Source: Kudoa neothunni
Lineage: Eukaryota > Animalia > Cnidaria
DNA length: 64,000 nt
Reading direction: 5' to 3'
Assembly (NCBI GenBank): GCA_964304625.1
Contig: OZ199839.1
Span: forward strand, 3,762,470-3,826,469
Shown here: one piece after another, positions 1-13,000 of the stretch
How the letters are laid out: the number at the start of each line of letters is the position of its first letter
Numbering within the stretch: position 1 is the stretch's first letter
Program-made: the position numbers and the translations under genes
Notes under the pieces: generated by a model
Database searches by the model: none
What the model saw: the letters and a program-made list of their open reading frames with translations, nothing else
Told to the model about the DNA's origin: nothing

Positions 1-821
1 ACTCTACCTTCCTTGTAATTGTCCACACTAGCATGGAACACTCCTTTTAAGTATTTTCCACTTTTCACTCCGATATTGATGTCGTTTGGCGACACATGTA
101 CAGGATACATAAACTGATTAGCGTCATTTGAGATCAAGTCAAACGATTCCTCCAGTGCATCAGCATTAACCTTATCGACAATATCTTCCATACCAACCAA
201 TGATCGAATAAAATCTTGAATAGCATAGGCATTGAGACTGAAATCATTTTGAAGTGATTCTGCTTGTTGGTTGGTCAGTGTCAACACAATCAATCCAAGA
301 CTCTCGCCAGACGCTCTACTCAAATGTTTTTGATACCAGGCGTATGTGTTTTGTAGACAACGTTCATCTCTCTCCTTGATCGATTCCGATGGTACTTTCT
401 GGATGAATATATCAGCGTGGAATTCGTTGTAAAATTGGTAAAAGTATTTTTCCGGTGCAGTTAAAATATCATTCAATCGTTGATATTGTTGTCTATTGTT
501 ATTTTTGTATTTATCCATCGCAGTCTGACATAAAATGACATTTTTAATACGTTTATCTTCCAAAATATCTATCTGCGAATGTATTACTTCCATTGACGGA
601 ATAATCACATATGGTTTATTAATTAATGTAGATTCTACATAGATATTTGGATCTAACGCACAACAATTATTCATATTTTGGCCGGTTTGTTCTTGTATTT
701 GCTTACAAAGTGAACAATCTTTAATACCACATGAAATATTTCTTCTCAAATACAACTCCTTCACTTCTTTGATTATATTCCCCGATTTTGTTTTTCTTAT
801 GTTAGTTTTTTGTCGAAGCAT
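1..821 (-). CDS. DIS3: Exosome nuclease DIS3/RRP44, 5' part (CR3 motif, PIN domain, start of CSD1); runs off the window
   Basis: Manual translation from ATG at 821: MLRQKTNIRKTKSGNIIKEVKELYLRRNISCGIKDCSLC...QIDILEDKRIKNVILCQT...FYQFYNEFH...WYQKHL...GVKSGKYLKGVFHASVDNY. This matches the DIS3 N-terminus (YLR-x-I-x-CGxxxCxxC; QIDVLED..IRNVI; GIKSGTYLQGTFRASRENY). The frame is open to position 1. Confidence 0.93.
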   Translation of the reverse strand, partial: MLRQKTNIRKTKSGNIIKEVKELYLRRNISCGIKDCSLCKQIQEQTGQNMNNCCALDPNIYVESTLINKPYVIIPSMEVIHSQIDILEDKRIKNVILCQTAMDKYKNNNRQQYQRLNDILTAPEKYFYQFYNEFHADIFIQKVPSESIKERDERCLQNTYAWYQKHLSRASGESLGLIVLTLTNQQAESLQNDFSLNAYAIQDFIRSLVGMEDIVDKVNADALEESFDLISNDANQFMYPVHVSPNDINIGVKSGKYLKGVFHASVDNYKEGR

Positions 822-906
822 GCTATTTGCTGCTAAAAAGTACCAAAGGAAAAGCCACGAGGATCGCCTCAAACAATTTTAACGCTGAGTATTCGTGCGC
901 ACGCAT

Positions 907-2370
907 ATGGTTTCCAATAAAAGGGGTAGGTCAAACAAGAAAAAGGGCTGGAAAAAAGTCCAGATAAATGATGTCGACGATTTTCTGTATACAGAGTCGT
1001 TAAAGGCACCTATTTCGACAATAAATCAGTCCAACATTGAAAGTTTATACGAAATATCCACATTGCCCAGTTCCATCCAGATTAAAAACAGTATCACTCA
1101 CAATTTGTTTGAGTCGAATTATTATAAATATAAAGAAAACACTTTCGCAAGTTATTCTTACAATGCGTTGAAACAAATAGCCCCCAATTCCTACGGCACA
1201 TTGTCTCAAAATTACCTTTCATCCGAAGATGAATGCCCTAATATTATACAAAAAATGCCTAATAAATATCGTCCAACTGAAAATACGCGTGACAGTGTGT
1301 TTGTATCGGAAGATATTTGGGCCAGTTGTAGCGGTACATCGAAACGAGCGAATAAAGTACGTTAGAGCATTTAGTCTCTAGATTTTTGACATTTATATGT
1401 AAATGCTTGTGTAGACTAAAAAAAGTTTACCAGAATTCAAACCCCATCCGCCAGCTTCAGGTTTATCGTACAATCCAGATTTCAAAGAATATGAAGTGAT
1501 TTGGTTGCTTGTTCAATGCTCGAATTTTAGTTTATATTAGAAATATGTGAATAATGCCGCAAGTTTTGATCTACTGAAAGATAAAAAGTTTGAAAATTCC
1601 AAGGTTGCTTTAATTTGCTAAAATCTATTTGTTCAACGTGTGTTAGAACAAGTCGTCGAAAAATTATTCACAATACAACAACTCTGGGAATGATATGAAT
1701 ACTTTTGTGATAGCCATGGCGGGAGATTACCATGTTCCCGATGAGAATGACAGCACTCAGAATGAACCAATTGTGGTACCTATTATGCCGAATAGAATGA
1801 AAGCCAAATCCAAGAAAGAAAAGATTCGTAAAAGGATACAAAAAAAGAAAACAGACGAACAACTGAGATTGAATAGTATTGAAAAAAATCAACGAAAAGA
1901 TGTTCATCATTTGAAATCAATACAATCGTTGGTAAGCGCGAATGAAAAAGCCCTAGCTGTCCGTCAAAAACTGCGTCAAAGGAAAATTAATATTCGTGAA
2001 AAACAAGAGTTACTCAAAAAGTTTTTAAATTTGTGTTTTTTTTGGCTAAATTTTTAATTAGAACTCTTCCACCTGTCTCTGAAATCCCTCTCCCAGAAGA
2101 ACTCACTGGTTGCCTTAGAACTGTTACGGTAATTAATTTTAGGTTACTTTGATTGATAAAAAACTTATATTAGCCTACCATGTCAATTTTGGATAACAAA
2201 TCTCAACATATACGTGCTTCGAAACTGATTGTAAAACGAAAGAAAAAGTATCGAACTTTTAAAAGACTGATTTAATTGAGATTTTTTGTAATATTTTTAG
2301 GGCATTGAAAAGGTCTTCACTAAGAAAAGTGTACAGCTTGCCAAACAAGATAATGCAAGATTTGAATTAG
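907..2370 (+). CDS. NOP53: Ribosome biogenesis protein NOP53/GLTSCR2 (about 7 exons)
   Basis: N-terminal basic KKKGWKK..I.DVDDFL; spliced exons give P.SGLSYNPDFKEYE and PEELTGCLRTVTP, the NOP53 signatures G.SYNP and EL..SLR.LKP. Short GT-AG introns join ORFs 895-1365 and 1695-2057; stop TAG at 2368-2370. Confidence 0.85.
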
Positions 2371-3309
2371 ATTATTATATTTATAGACTAGATAATTCAA
2401 TATTGTAGTTATTTTTTTATATAAATGCGTGCAATATAAACGATGAACTAAAAGTTATCTGTTTTAAATTTGACTGGGAGCTTAATAAGAAACCACGTTA
2501 ACTAAATTAATTTCATTCGTGATAGCATAGAACTGAGGATGAATAGATGAAATACAATGGATAATCGATTTTACGCATGTACATAATAATTATCTGTCCC
2601 CCTTTTTGGAGTTTAGAGGAAAAGTAGATGTTTTTTTTATTTAAATAATATAAAAGAATATATATATATATATGTATATGTATATATTCTACAACAGACA
2701 AAAAACCAAGTGATACTAAGTTTCAATTTTTGAAAAAATCAATAATTTCGGTTTGTCATATTGTGGCCCACCGTGACATATACAAATCAATTTCCAATCC
2801 TAACAATGATCGGAAACGATCTAAACTATTTTTAAATTAAGGAGAAAATTTTGTTCTTTTTTCGAGGAGGCCATTTAGAATCGCTATGTTTGATATGTTG
2901 AAATGTCTCACTGTAACTATCTTAACGTTTATTTAAGGAGAATTTCCGAAGTATTTTATTATTTACAGTCTTTTATTCGAACCAAAATTATCGTTACGTT
3001 TAATATATTTGTATATATAAACTTTGGAAGCATTTAGAGTTATAATTAAATAATTTTTTCGCTCTAAATAAGCTTATCATGAGTCAACATTGTTAATATT
3101 GTGATCTGTCGATAGATTATATTTATAGGCAACGAATTTAGCAGTCAATAATTATTCATGGTGCATCATTTTCTCACTCTAATTAGATTTCAGAAATATT
3201 GTATATAAGAAGTTGTTATTTGCTATATTATTCAGTAATCTGTTTAAGATAGTTTTAATATTAAAAACAGGGGAAAATAATTTCTTCGTAATTAATGTCA
3301 AAAAAAAGT

Positions 3310-5806
3310 GATAATTGTAAAGCCTTTATTAATTTAAACATGCATCATTTGCGTGTCTTTTTCTTACTGATTTTTTCATTGTTTTTTAATAAAAAATTTT
3401 TAAGGTTATAATTTCAGCTTCAAGAAATTACTTCTAAATCTTGATCAAATCCCACTTCGAGCAAAATCGTTTCCACGAATAATCCTTCTTTTGATTGCAA
3501 AAAGTTGCGAATTCCCTTAGTCTTTACATATTTTAAAACATTCGTTACTTAAAATCGTTTACATTATTTTTTCATTAAGAAATGAACATATGTATTAGTG
3601 TCGCGTTTTGTTTATCGCGTGGAATTTCAAATTGAAGAAATTAAGCTTTAAAAACGATGATGATTTTTTTTCTTGTTAGCGATTATGAAAAGTATTTTGA
3701 ATATTTTCTATGCTAAATATTACCTAAAAGATTTCAAATCGTTGCGACAATTTCAAAAATTTCAATTGTTTCATTCTATGAAAGCAGAAAATAAATGTTA
3801 TCGGAACAACAACTGAACAATTTTCGTTTGACAGAATTAATATGGATTATTTTTTCAGATAAAAAATGGAAAAATTGGAAGTTTAACTTAGATTTCTGTT
3901 CTTAAAAATAATAGATGAAAAATATGTACAATATTTTACCGTTAATGCATGGATGAGACCATTTAACTATTACTAGAAAGGAAAAATTAAATAATCTTAT
4001 AATTTCAATATGTTGGAAAAAATTCGGGAGACTCTCCTAATCACCATTCGATAAAATAAATAAAATTGGTGGCGAGTATTTCATCAGGTAAATTAATAAA
4101 TGTTTTCTCCATGGAAGAAGTAAAAATAAAGGGGTTCGCTATCTAAAAGGAGAAGTATGGAAAGCGCCCTCAAATTAAAGACTTTAAAAGTAAAATAATA
4201 AAACCTGACGTTAACCTCGTTATTTGTATGGCATATTTCTTATACGTAATAGTTATTAGTAATGGAAGTGTTAGAGGATATTTTCCTCAATAAGTTGAAT
4301 ATGTTGATGAATCATTTGACAGTATTTTATGAAGTCATTACTCCATTAAATAATGCAAAGAGATACTGTGCTAAGAAGATAAAAGTATGATGGAAGGGCC
4401 GAAAATCTCTCGATTTTTAGAATGGGTCAATATAAATTTGACGATATGAGGAACGTAACACTCGTAGAAAAAGAAAATTGAGCGATGCATTTACCCATCA
4501 TCGAGAGGGAAATTCAAATGGGTCATGCATATCCAGTGACGAGTGGCCCACGCAAAATAGAATAGGTGATCATGTTAACAACCATAACTCAAAAGTTTAT
4601 TTTCAGAATAATACAAACACAACAATTACCATAGATGGATGTTGAGGGGAGCTAAAAACCAAATTTCTCGGCATAAAAAGGAGGTATCATTCTCAAACCT
4701 TGAGGAATACCTGTGAGAAGAACGTTACATATTCAATTTGGACGAAGAAATAAATTTAATCAACAAATTTGTAAAAATATTCCATCTTCTTTTTATTATA
4801 TCATTACAAATAAATTTTTGGAAATATTCGAGGTTTAGTCTTTTTATTTTTAAAAAATCGAAGTTAATATTAATGGTTACAACAAAGCATTTCCTGAATG
4901 ACATTAAAGAAAAATTAAAAAAATAAATCGTTTATATAAACAAATAATTAAACGCGTGTGTACAAACTTAGAAAATAGATCGACGAGTAATTCCTTTTAA
5001 AAAAACTATCGTAGAGAATAAGTAATATTATAAAAATTTTTCATTTACGTTCGTTGATAAGGTAATTTATAAACATAGGCAACGACTAAATGGCAATATA
5101 ACTCAAAGAATCTTTAATCCTTTTATGGCACTTGAATTATATATTCATATTTTCGACTAATATATCGTATTTTTATAAATTTAGTTACTAAAAAGCTCAT
5201 AGAAATGTATTTTTAATATATATTAGATTTATTTACAAACCTTTTAAATTATCAATTCTATTTGGGGATAATTTTTACACTTCACTTTTTTATTTACGAT
5301 AAATCTAATAGATATCAATTTTTACAACTGTATTTCACACGAATTCTTCCATAAAATTTTGTCTATTCAATATAAATATAAAAGAAAAATACAAAAACTA
5401 AATATTTTATTTTTAAGAAATAAATTATAATAAAATTAATATTTAAATTTTAGAGATATGTATAAATTGATTTAAGCAGTTTGCATATATAACTGCAATA
5501 AATAGAGGACTTAGATTCACTTGTTGGTCAAATGGTTATGTTAAAACATCATGAAAATAATTCTAAGTAGCGATTGTGTTAAAATATAAGAAGAATAACG
5601 AAATTCTCAAGTTATTGCAAACAAAAAAGAGATTACACTTGGGAACGATTTACCTCGAAGTAGGACTTGGTAAAAATTTATAAGTAGTCTTGAGGCTGAA
5701 TTTTTACATCCTAAATTTATTTATTTTTTTAAAAATAATCGTGTAAAAATCAGCGAATAAAATGCGCAAAAGTGTGTTTTCAAGTATCACAAGTTTGATA
5801 ATTACC
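3310..5806 (+). mobile_element. Decayed Merlin (IS1016-like) DNA transposon with about 260-bp imperfect TIRs
   Basis: 3310-~3570 is an imperfect inverted copy of ~5550-5806 (e.g. cccacttcgagcaaaatcgtttcc vs gggaacgatttacctcgaagtagga); the right end reads GGTAAT on the minus strand. Internal frameshifted transposase motifs: VDES (~4305), LPIIEREI..G...SDEW...DHVNNH (4490-4590), TIDGC (~4630). Confidence 0.7.
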
Positions 5807-6433
5807 AAATTTATATCCTACTTCTTTATTTCATTAATTAGTTGTTAAAACAAGTGACATCAAAAGATGGCAGAAATTTATTTCCAACTCACTCTCGGTA
5901 TTTAAATATGCCGATTTTGACAGTCCTATCATTATGACATGTCCTCTCCTTTTAGAGAAGTTAAAATAACTAAAAATTTTTATATATTGATCTTTAATGT
6001 AGAATTAAGGCATTTCAATCTATTGTTTTTTAGATTATCCTAATAGTGTTTTACTATACCCAATGAAATGATCCATGTATTGTGTCATTATCAATTCAAA
6101 CGTTCATTGGGGATGCAAGCCAATTAATTCAGCGATCCTGACTTGAGGTAAATTTCGTAGAAGTCAGCGGCAACAACTTAAAAATATAAATAATATTAAA
6201 CTATATTTATTATAGTTGGGTTGTCTCACCACATTGGCAGATTAATTTACAGAAATTTTTGGAATACGCACGTAATGTATTTCAACCTCAGAATTCGTTT
6301 CAATAATCCCCTCTAAGACTAATTTCAGAATGATAAAATGTTAAAGGAAATATGCAAAACTTAGAAGGGAAAAATAAAAAAAGGGTCAGTCATACAACAA
6401 TTGTCACATAAAATAATATAAAGCGAATAATGG

Positions 6434-6982
6434 TTATATATCCTCTTTCAGAATATACATTGGATAGTCGAAATTCCACTTGATGGAGAGACATTTGTTA
6501 ACAACAGCTAACAGATTAGGGTTTTCCATGGCAGCTGCAATTCGTTCCTTATCATTGAGTTGTTTATTGATTTCGCTTTCTGAGACATGCGTACCAGGTT
6601 CGATTTTGATGGAAACCTAAATAAAATCATTAATCACCCTAATAAAAAACACACTAAAGACTTTGAATTCTCTGGGGATACTTCTCAATAACATCACTTT
6701 GATACAAAGACCGATAACGGTTGCCATACTACAATGGGGAATAGTGGGAGTGTATTGTACATTAATTCTTTTTGAATCGTTGTTAACATCGATAAGTTGT
6801 TTCTTGACAACATTTAGCTCCTCGAGGGTGGTATCGGTGTGTTCGGGATCGTAGATATCACAGATGAGTTCAAAAATCTCTTGTGCATCGATAGGATCAT
6901 CGATCATATTATTCAACTCATTCTCTGTTGGGATGCATCGATGTGGAGATTTTTCATGCAATACAGGTGCTTCGTTAAGCAT
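6434..6982 (-). CDS. CIAO2B: Cytosolic Fe-S assembly component CIAO2B (FAM96B/MIP18)
   Basis: [24 protein letters not shown]...[22 protein letters not shown], then after an intron [28 protein letters not shown]. The 3' end is uncertain: 6434 with a final short intron, or 6390 if unspliced. Confidence 0.93.
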
Positions 6983-7089
6983 TTTTTTCAACAGCAAAGT
7001 TAAAATTGTTCGCTCTTTATATGCGCAAGCGCGTATTTCTTTAGTATAGTCATATATCTTGTGAAGTGTCTAACCCTCCACGCGATTCA

Positions 7090-10000
7090 ATGAGTAAAAT
7101 TATTAGATGTAAAGCAAGATGAGAATTTTTTTCTAAACAGATGAAGACATCAATTTGTATGATTCTGATAAGGATGACCCAGACTATGTGTATTATTCGA
7201 GTGATTCTGGTGATGAATTGCCAGATTCAATCCAGCAGGATTCTTTACCGACTGAACCCATCAACTACAGCCATTTCAGCTATCAAGATTTTAGCATACC
7301 AGAACAAATTTTGCCGCTAACTGGAGACGACAGTGATTTTTGTTACGGTGCTGATAGATACACTGAACTTTCGAGTATTGGGTTCGAAGCTATGAAGGAA
7401 TCGTGTGATTTTTTCAACTCACTCATTGATCAAAATGATGAATTACATAAGACCCAAGATAAAAGTACGCACAGAATGGAGTATAATTGAACAATGTTAA
7501 TGTTTTAGTGACCATTCGTGGTGGTCTCAAGAGTAAAAGTGATCAGAAACCACCCAAAAGAAATATTATCTACCCTTATGCATTCTACAAAAAATCCAAA
7601 CGAAGACAACCTCCGAAAACCAAAATAAGCTCCGAGTTACAAGGATCTGTTGGTCAGGCTAACATTTTAGCAGCTCAGGGAAATCATAAAGATGCTGTGG
7701 AAATGTGTCTTAAATTGATTGAATCTTGTATTTGGTTAATGTAATGTTTGTACTGGATGAACGATTTAGCACCAACTGCGTGGGAACCGCTCCACACATT
7801 GGCCTTTGTTTATAAGGAGTCTGGCGATCAAACCAAATATTTGGAATATTTGTTAGCTTGCGCTCAAATAAAGAAAAATGACTGTCAACTTTGGGGACAA
7901 TTGGGTAGAGAATTTTTCCAGCTCGAACGTTCAGAATGGGCAAAAGCTTGCTACGAAAGAGCTGTTCGTTGTAAAGTATTATATATCCCTTTGGTTTGGG
8001 AATGGATATGCATTAACTACAAAAGTGGTTACATTCTGGCAGCTGGTAATATTGTGTTCCGGTTCCTTCGCGTAATGCCATTTACGTTTACGATTACATG
8101 TGGTGATCGTGTGTCATAGTTAACTTTTAACATTAACTTATAATGAATAATTAATCAATCAATCAATCAATCGATGCATTGTAACTGTAATTGTACCGGA
8201 TGTGTACGCAGTTAGTAATCATCGTCACTACAACTCTCCTAAATCCGCTGTTTCAAATTAAATAATAAATACTTTAATTAGATTTGTAAATTAATTTGCG
8301 CGATTTTTTTCTTGTTAATTAACCTTGTATATGAGATGAAGGACTTTATTGGTTGTAATATAAAGAGCTATTGACCCACTTATGTCAATATTTAGTTGTC
8401 CGCTGAAACAATACTTGTAATGACTATTTATTTATAAACTTATAATTATCCGAATTAGACTTATCAAAACAAATATCGTTTTGAACGACACACCACCCCC
8501 TAATCTACATTAATATCGATTTAATAATAGAATTTAATTGAATGTTTAGTATACGGATTCGAAATTCTATGAAAGCATCTTTTCCATAATAAAGCTATTA
8601 ATCCCAGTATTCAACTCATTTAATGAGATGTGAAATGAACAATTATATTTAGCTATACACAAAATCGAAACAAGAGTCTAAATTGCTGGCTAATCTGCAA
8701 TGTTTATTGCCTCATCTTTACCCTCAAGTTAATGTTCATGGTAATGTTATGTGATTTTTGTCATTTTATTTTATTGATAATGTTTTAGTTTTTGAAACCT
8801 ATTTAAAATTATACGCCACCAATAAAAATTATCTAATGATTTACAATGTGAATCCAATTGTGTGTATTGTTTGGAGATTATTTGTTGGATTAGGAAGTAA
8901 TTCAATGTTTTCATATTCCATTATCGACGGCCTTGTATGATGAAGACAACAAATTAGATATCGATCTGTAAGATGAGCATGAATATTTATTTAGTATATG
9001 TGTTTCTCATACACACACACACACACACACACATTAACATCATATATTATATTAAATTTTTAATAAATAGGTGTGAGACATTGAAACAGATGGAAACGGA
9101 TGGCACACTAAGTCAACTGATTAGTGTGTTGGATATCCTACCATCGAATATCCTAGTATTGTTTGCAGTTTGTTCGCTCAATTTGTTCCCTAATCCTTAT
9201 ATTGTTACGGTATAATAAACCACCTAGAATTAGAGAGTTAGAAATTGGTGGATTTATGTCGTAATTAGTGTATTAATAATGGATTAGTTTTTTATGGATA
9301 TAATAATGAAATCCCCTAAATCGGATTGTGCCTTCACACTCATCAACGTCCTCTATAGACAAGGCTACAGTAGAGATTGCTTGGATTATTTCAATTATGT
9401 TTCCGATAATGCGATGGCACTGGCGGTTAAAGACGACCCAAATATTTCCTTAGAAAACGACCACGTATAAATAATCTTTAATGATTATTTGTCGAATGGC
9501 TTATTGGATTAGTTTTATGGTTGGCTCAATGTGGCCGAATGTTATTGGAGGCTGAATAACGATCAAAGCATCAATGTTGCGTTTTCCATCTACATTGAAC
9601 TTTTGGACAAATTGCGATATATGCAGGAATCGAGGGTTCCTCAATATTATTACGTATATTTGATTGCCACGGTTGGCTACCTCAGATTTTCAAAGTTACA
9701 ACAAGCTTACGATCAAATCGAATGTATTTCGGATTAAATGCTAATCAATAAATATTTCTTATTTTATGCCATTTATAGATTATCTTAACCAAGAAATCTC
9801 ACTGAAACATAACACCTACATCGTTGATTTCGCATCAAATGTAGTTTTAATTTAGCATCCAAATATAATTAAGCTGGTTTATATTTAAGTTGATCGAGGA
9901 TATATTTAAATCGCATAAACACAAAATTATGACCGAAGATACGATTAACGAAGAATTTATTCGTAGCGCGTTGTTATTACTATGGATAAATCGTTATGAT

Positions 10001-13000
10001 GGTAAGAAAATTGTTTATTCAATAAAATTGCAATTATTTTCTAGCGGATACAATTGAACAACGCCTTCCCGTGTTGCTACAGTCATTAGGAAAGGTAATT
10101 TTATTAAACGAGTATTTACGGCAATGGTTATTGGTGTGAGATAATTATTTTAAATTCTTAACATTAATTATGTAGTCACGTGTAGGCGATGCGATTATTG
10201 CTCAATTATGTTAATTTTAATCTTCGACTTTTAAAATTCTTCGGCGCTTATTTTTTCGGAATATCATCAGACGATACTTAATTTAAGTGCTTGTCCGTCT
10301 TTTTAAACCAAATCCCATGTTATTTTTTATGACAGATATGTTAGAATAGACCATCTAATCTTTCGCGAGTCGTAACGTAACCTAAATGAGAAATATTTGA
10401 TGTTGACAGTCGACATCGCGCACGCGCGAAGCACATTTAGGATTAAATTTTTACGATTCAGTAGAGAGTTTATTAGTTATTGGAAGACAGTATTCGATAA
10501 ACTGACGTTTTGTGCCGAAGATGGTCCTACCTGTCATTTCTCTTATTTTTGAATATGTTGAAGTATGAATACTAATGTATTAAAGTTGAAATATTAGCTC
10601 AATAAGTACAAATAACATAAGAGCTATACAGAAAATATTATTTAACAAAGTTCAGAGGAGGGTAATGGTATATTGTGTGACTCCGAAAATTCACCATGAC
10701 AGCGCGTTTTTCGCTTTAATTTTTCACGGCTATTTTATACGTGAAAAAAGAATACGTAGCGATGGAAACCCAAATCAACATAATTGGTTAAAAATCGCAA
10801 TATTTTCCGTGTTATAATCACCCTTTTGTTAAATCAGGCTGGTTTATGAAACAATGATTGCCAGTTCTTTTTAATAATAGATATCAGTTTCTCCATATTC
10901 TAAGGCTGAGAATGTTCTAAAATATTTTATTCTACTTTCCAAAAAAATATGTCTGGATTATAATAACGTATTTGGTGCTTATAAGTAATCCTAAATCATG
11001 GCACCGCAAGAAATTAAGGACGATGATCATTTTTGAAGATTATAAATTATTTACTATCCTGTTTTGTTTTCTAAACAAATTACCTGTTAATAAGTCACAA
11101 AGACATGAGTTGTGATTATTGTATGAGCTCCAACTCGTTTCGATTATGTGTGCGCCAACCAAGTTTCACACGGCTCATAAAACCAACAGCTATATTATAA
11201 GAAAGAAATAACAATAACTATCATCCTGAACATTTGTGAAAAAATGATATCACTTATTTATCTACCAACGTATTAAATTCAGTTCTTCTTGCAAGCTCAA
11301 ATTTAGCCTTGTAAGATTTGTTCTTTTGCCATATTCATTGTCTTATTTCTCTTCGGGGTTTAAACTTAAACAAATATGCGATATATTTTCAAATTGATTA
11401 AATATACCCCTCTATTCGTAAATATTGGAAATCGTCACATTAATTTTATATTGTTGAAATTAAATTATGCTGAATGGTTTGTTAATTCTAGATTTATGTG
11501 AGTTGGTTTAATTTATTTTCAACAGGAATAAAGAAATATATTGTCAATAATGACATGTTCATAAAAAATTAATAAATTATTTAAAGCTAAAAATAAAAAA
11601 TTGATGTAATATGCCCTCTTAATAAATGAAATGAGTATTCGACGTCGCTAAAACGTTATACTAATATTTAAATTACTAGTGCATTTAATTTTCCAAACGT
11701 AAATTCTATATGAAAACGAAAGCACCATGTTAATTGAGTAAAACCGAAAAATAAAATTGTGTTTTGGCATAGGAAACAAAATATACACGTAATCAAAATT
11801 TATAGAGGTTAAAAATAATAATGAAAGTATAACTTCTTAAAAAATATAGAGATTTAAACAGAATAATATTGTAATCGTTAATATAAAATTTAACGTTAAT
11901 ATTCGTTTTAAAAATCGATCTTATTATTCACTGGTTTAAAATCTGTATTGCAAGATAAATTAACCATAAAAAACTTATTATACTAGATTCTGACTAAAAT
12001 GGTCATCCTTACGGCTTCAACCATTTATAAAGGAGACTTGATTCTTCGACCAAACATTAACCAACTTAATTTGATAAAAGGAAGATTATAACACGAATAA
12101 TATTGCAATTTGAACTAGTTATTTTGATTTGGGTTTCCATCGCTCCATATTATTTTTTCATGTATAAAATAACCGTGAAAAAATTAAAGCGAAAAACGCG
12201 CTGTCATGGTGAATTTTCGGAGTCACACAATATACTATTACCTAGAGGAGCGAACGACACGTAGCTTTTTGTTGGCCACGCGTGCTGTTTACATTAAAAT
12301 AAACCTTATTTATATTTAGTTATCAGAGAATTAGGATATAAGTTTAAAAGGTTTTTTGTGTCTCTCATAAAGCGATGAAAGTTGCGCTACGCCGACATTT
12401 TTTCAAATTATTTTTTTTAATCTTAAAATTACGGCGCGTGATTATAATTGAGGTTAGTTTCCCATCAGCTAACTAGATATACTTGCTGGAAAATTTTAAA
12501 ATTTATTAGAATAATATTTTATATCAAATAAATCATACTTGGGAAAATAAACGGCAACAAATGACAACTTAACATTTATCAAGGTTATCCTATACTAACC
12601 TTTGAATTATTGGTTTTATTTGCTTGGGCTTATAAATATGAAGCGATTTCGTTCATATCACTCCTAAAGTCGCTTTCCGTATATGTGTTGAACTTGAACA
12701 GAATTGAACTATCTTATAATTGAACTCAAATTTGATATGAAGCAGAGATTTTCGGCCGTTTTTTTTAATTTACCTGTTAACTTTGAAGCTAAATTCATAT
12801 CTACTTTATGGTTGTACAATTATTTAAGTATTATTACATTACATCTCTAAAAGATGAACGAGGCATAAAAGAAAGAGACTGTTAATAATTTTATAAATAA
12901 TTGTTAAATACTTATCCATAAAAAAATTAATTACTAGCGCAAAAGCCCCGCTTCGCGAAGGCTTCCTTGCCTGGCCAAGGTCATATGAAGTTCAAAGTAA

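Noticed and set aside
10240-10280. Hammerhead-like core on the minus strand (CTGATGA-tattcc-GAAA)
   Set aside because: No stem II closing pair and no stem I complementarity. The other CTGATGA hits I checked also lack the GAAA and stems.
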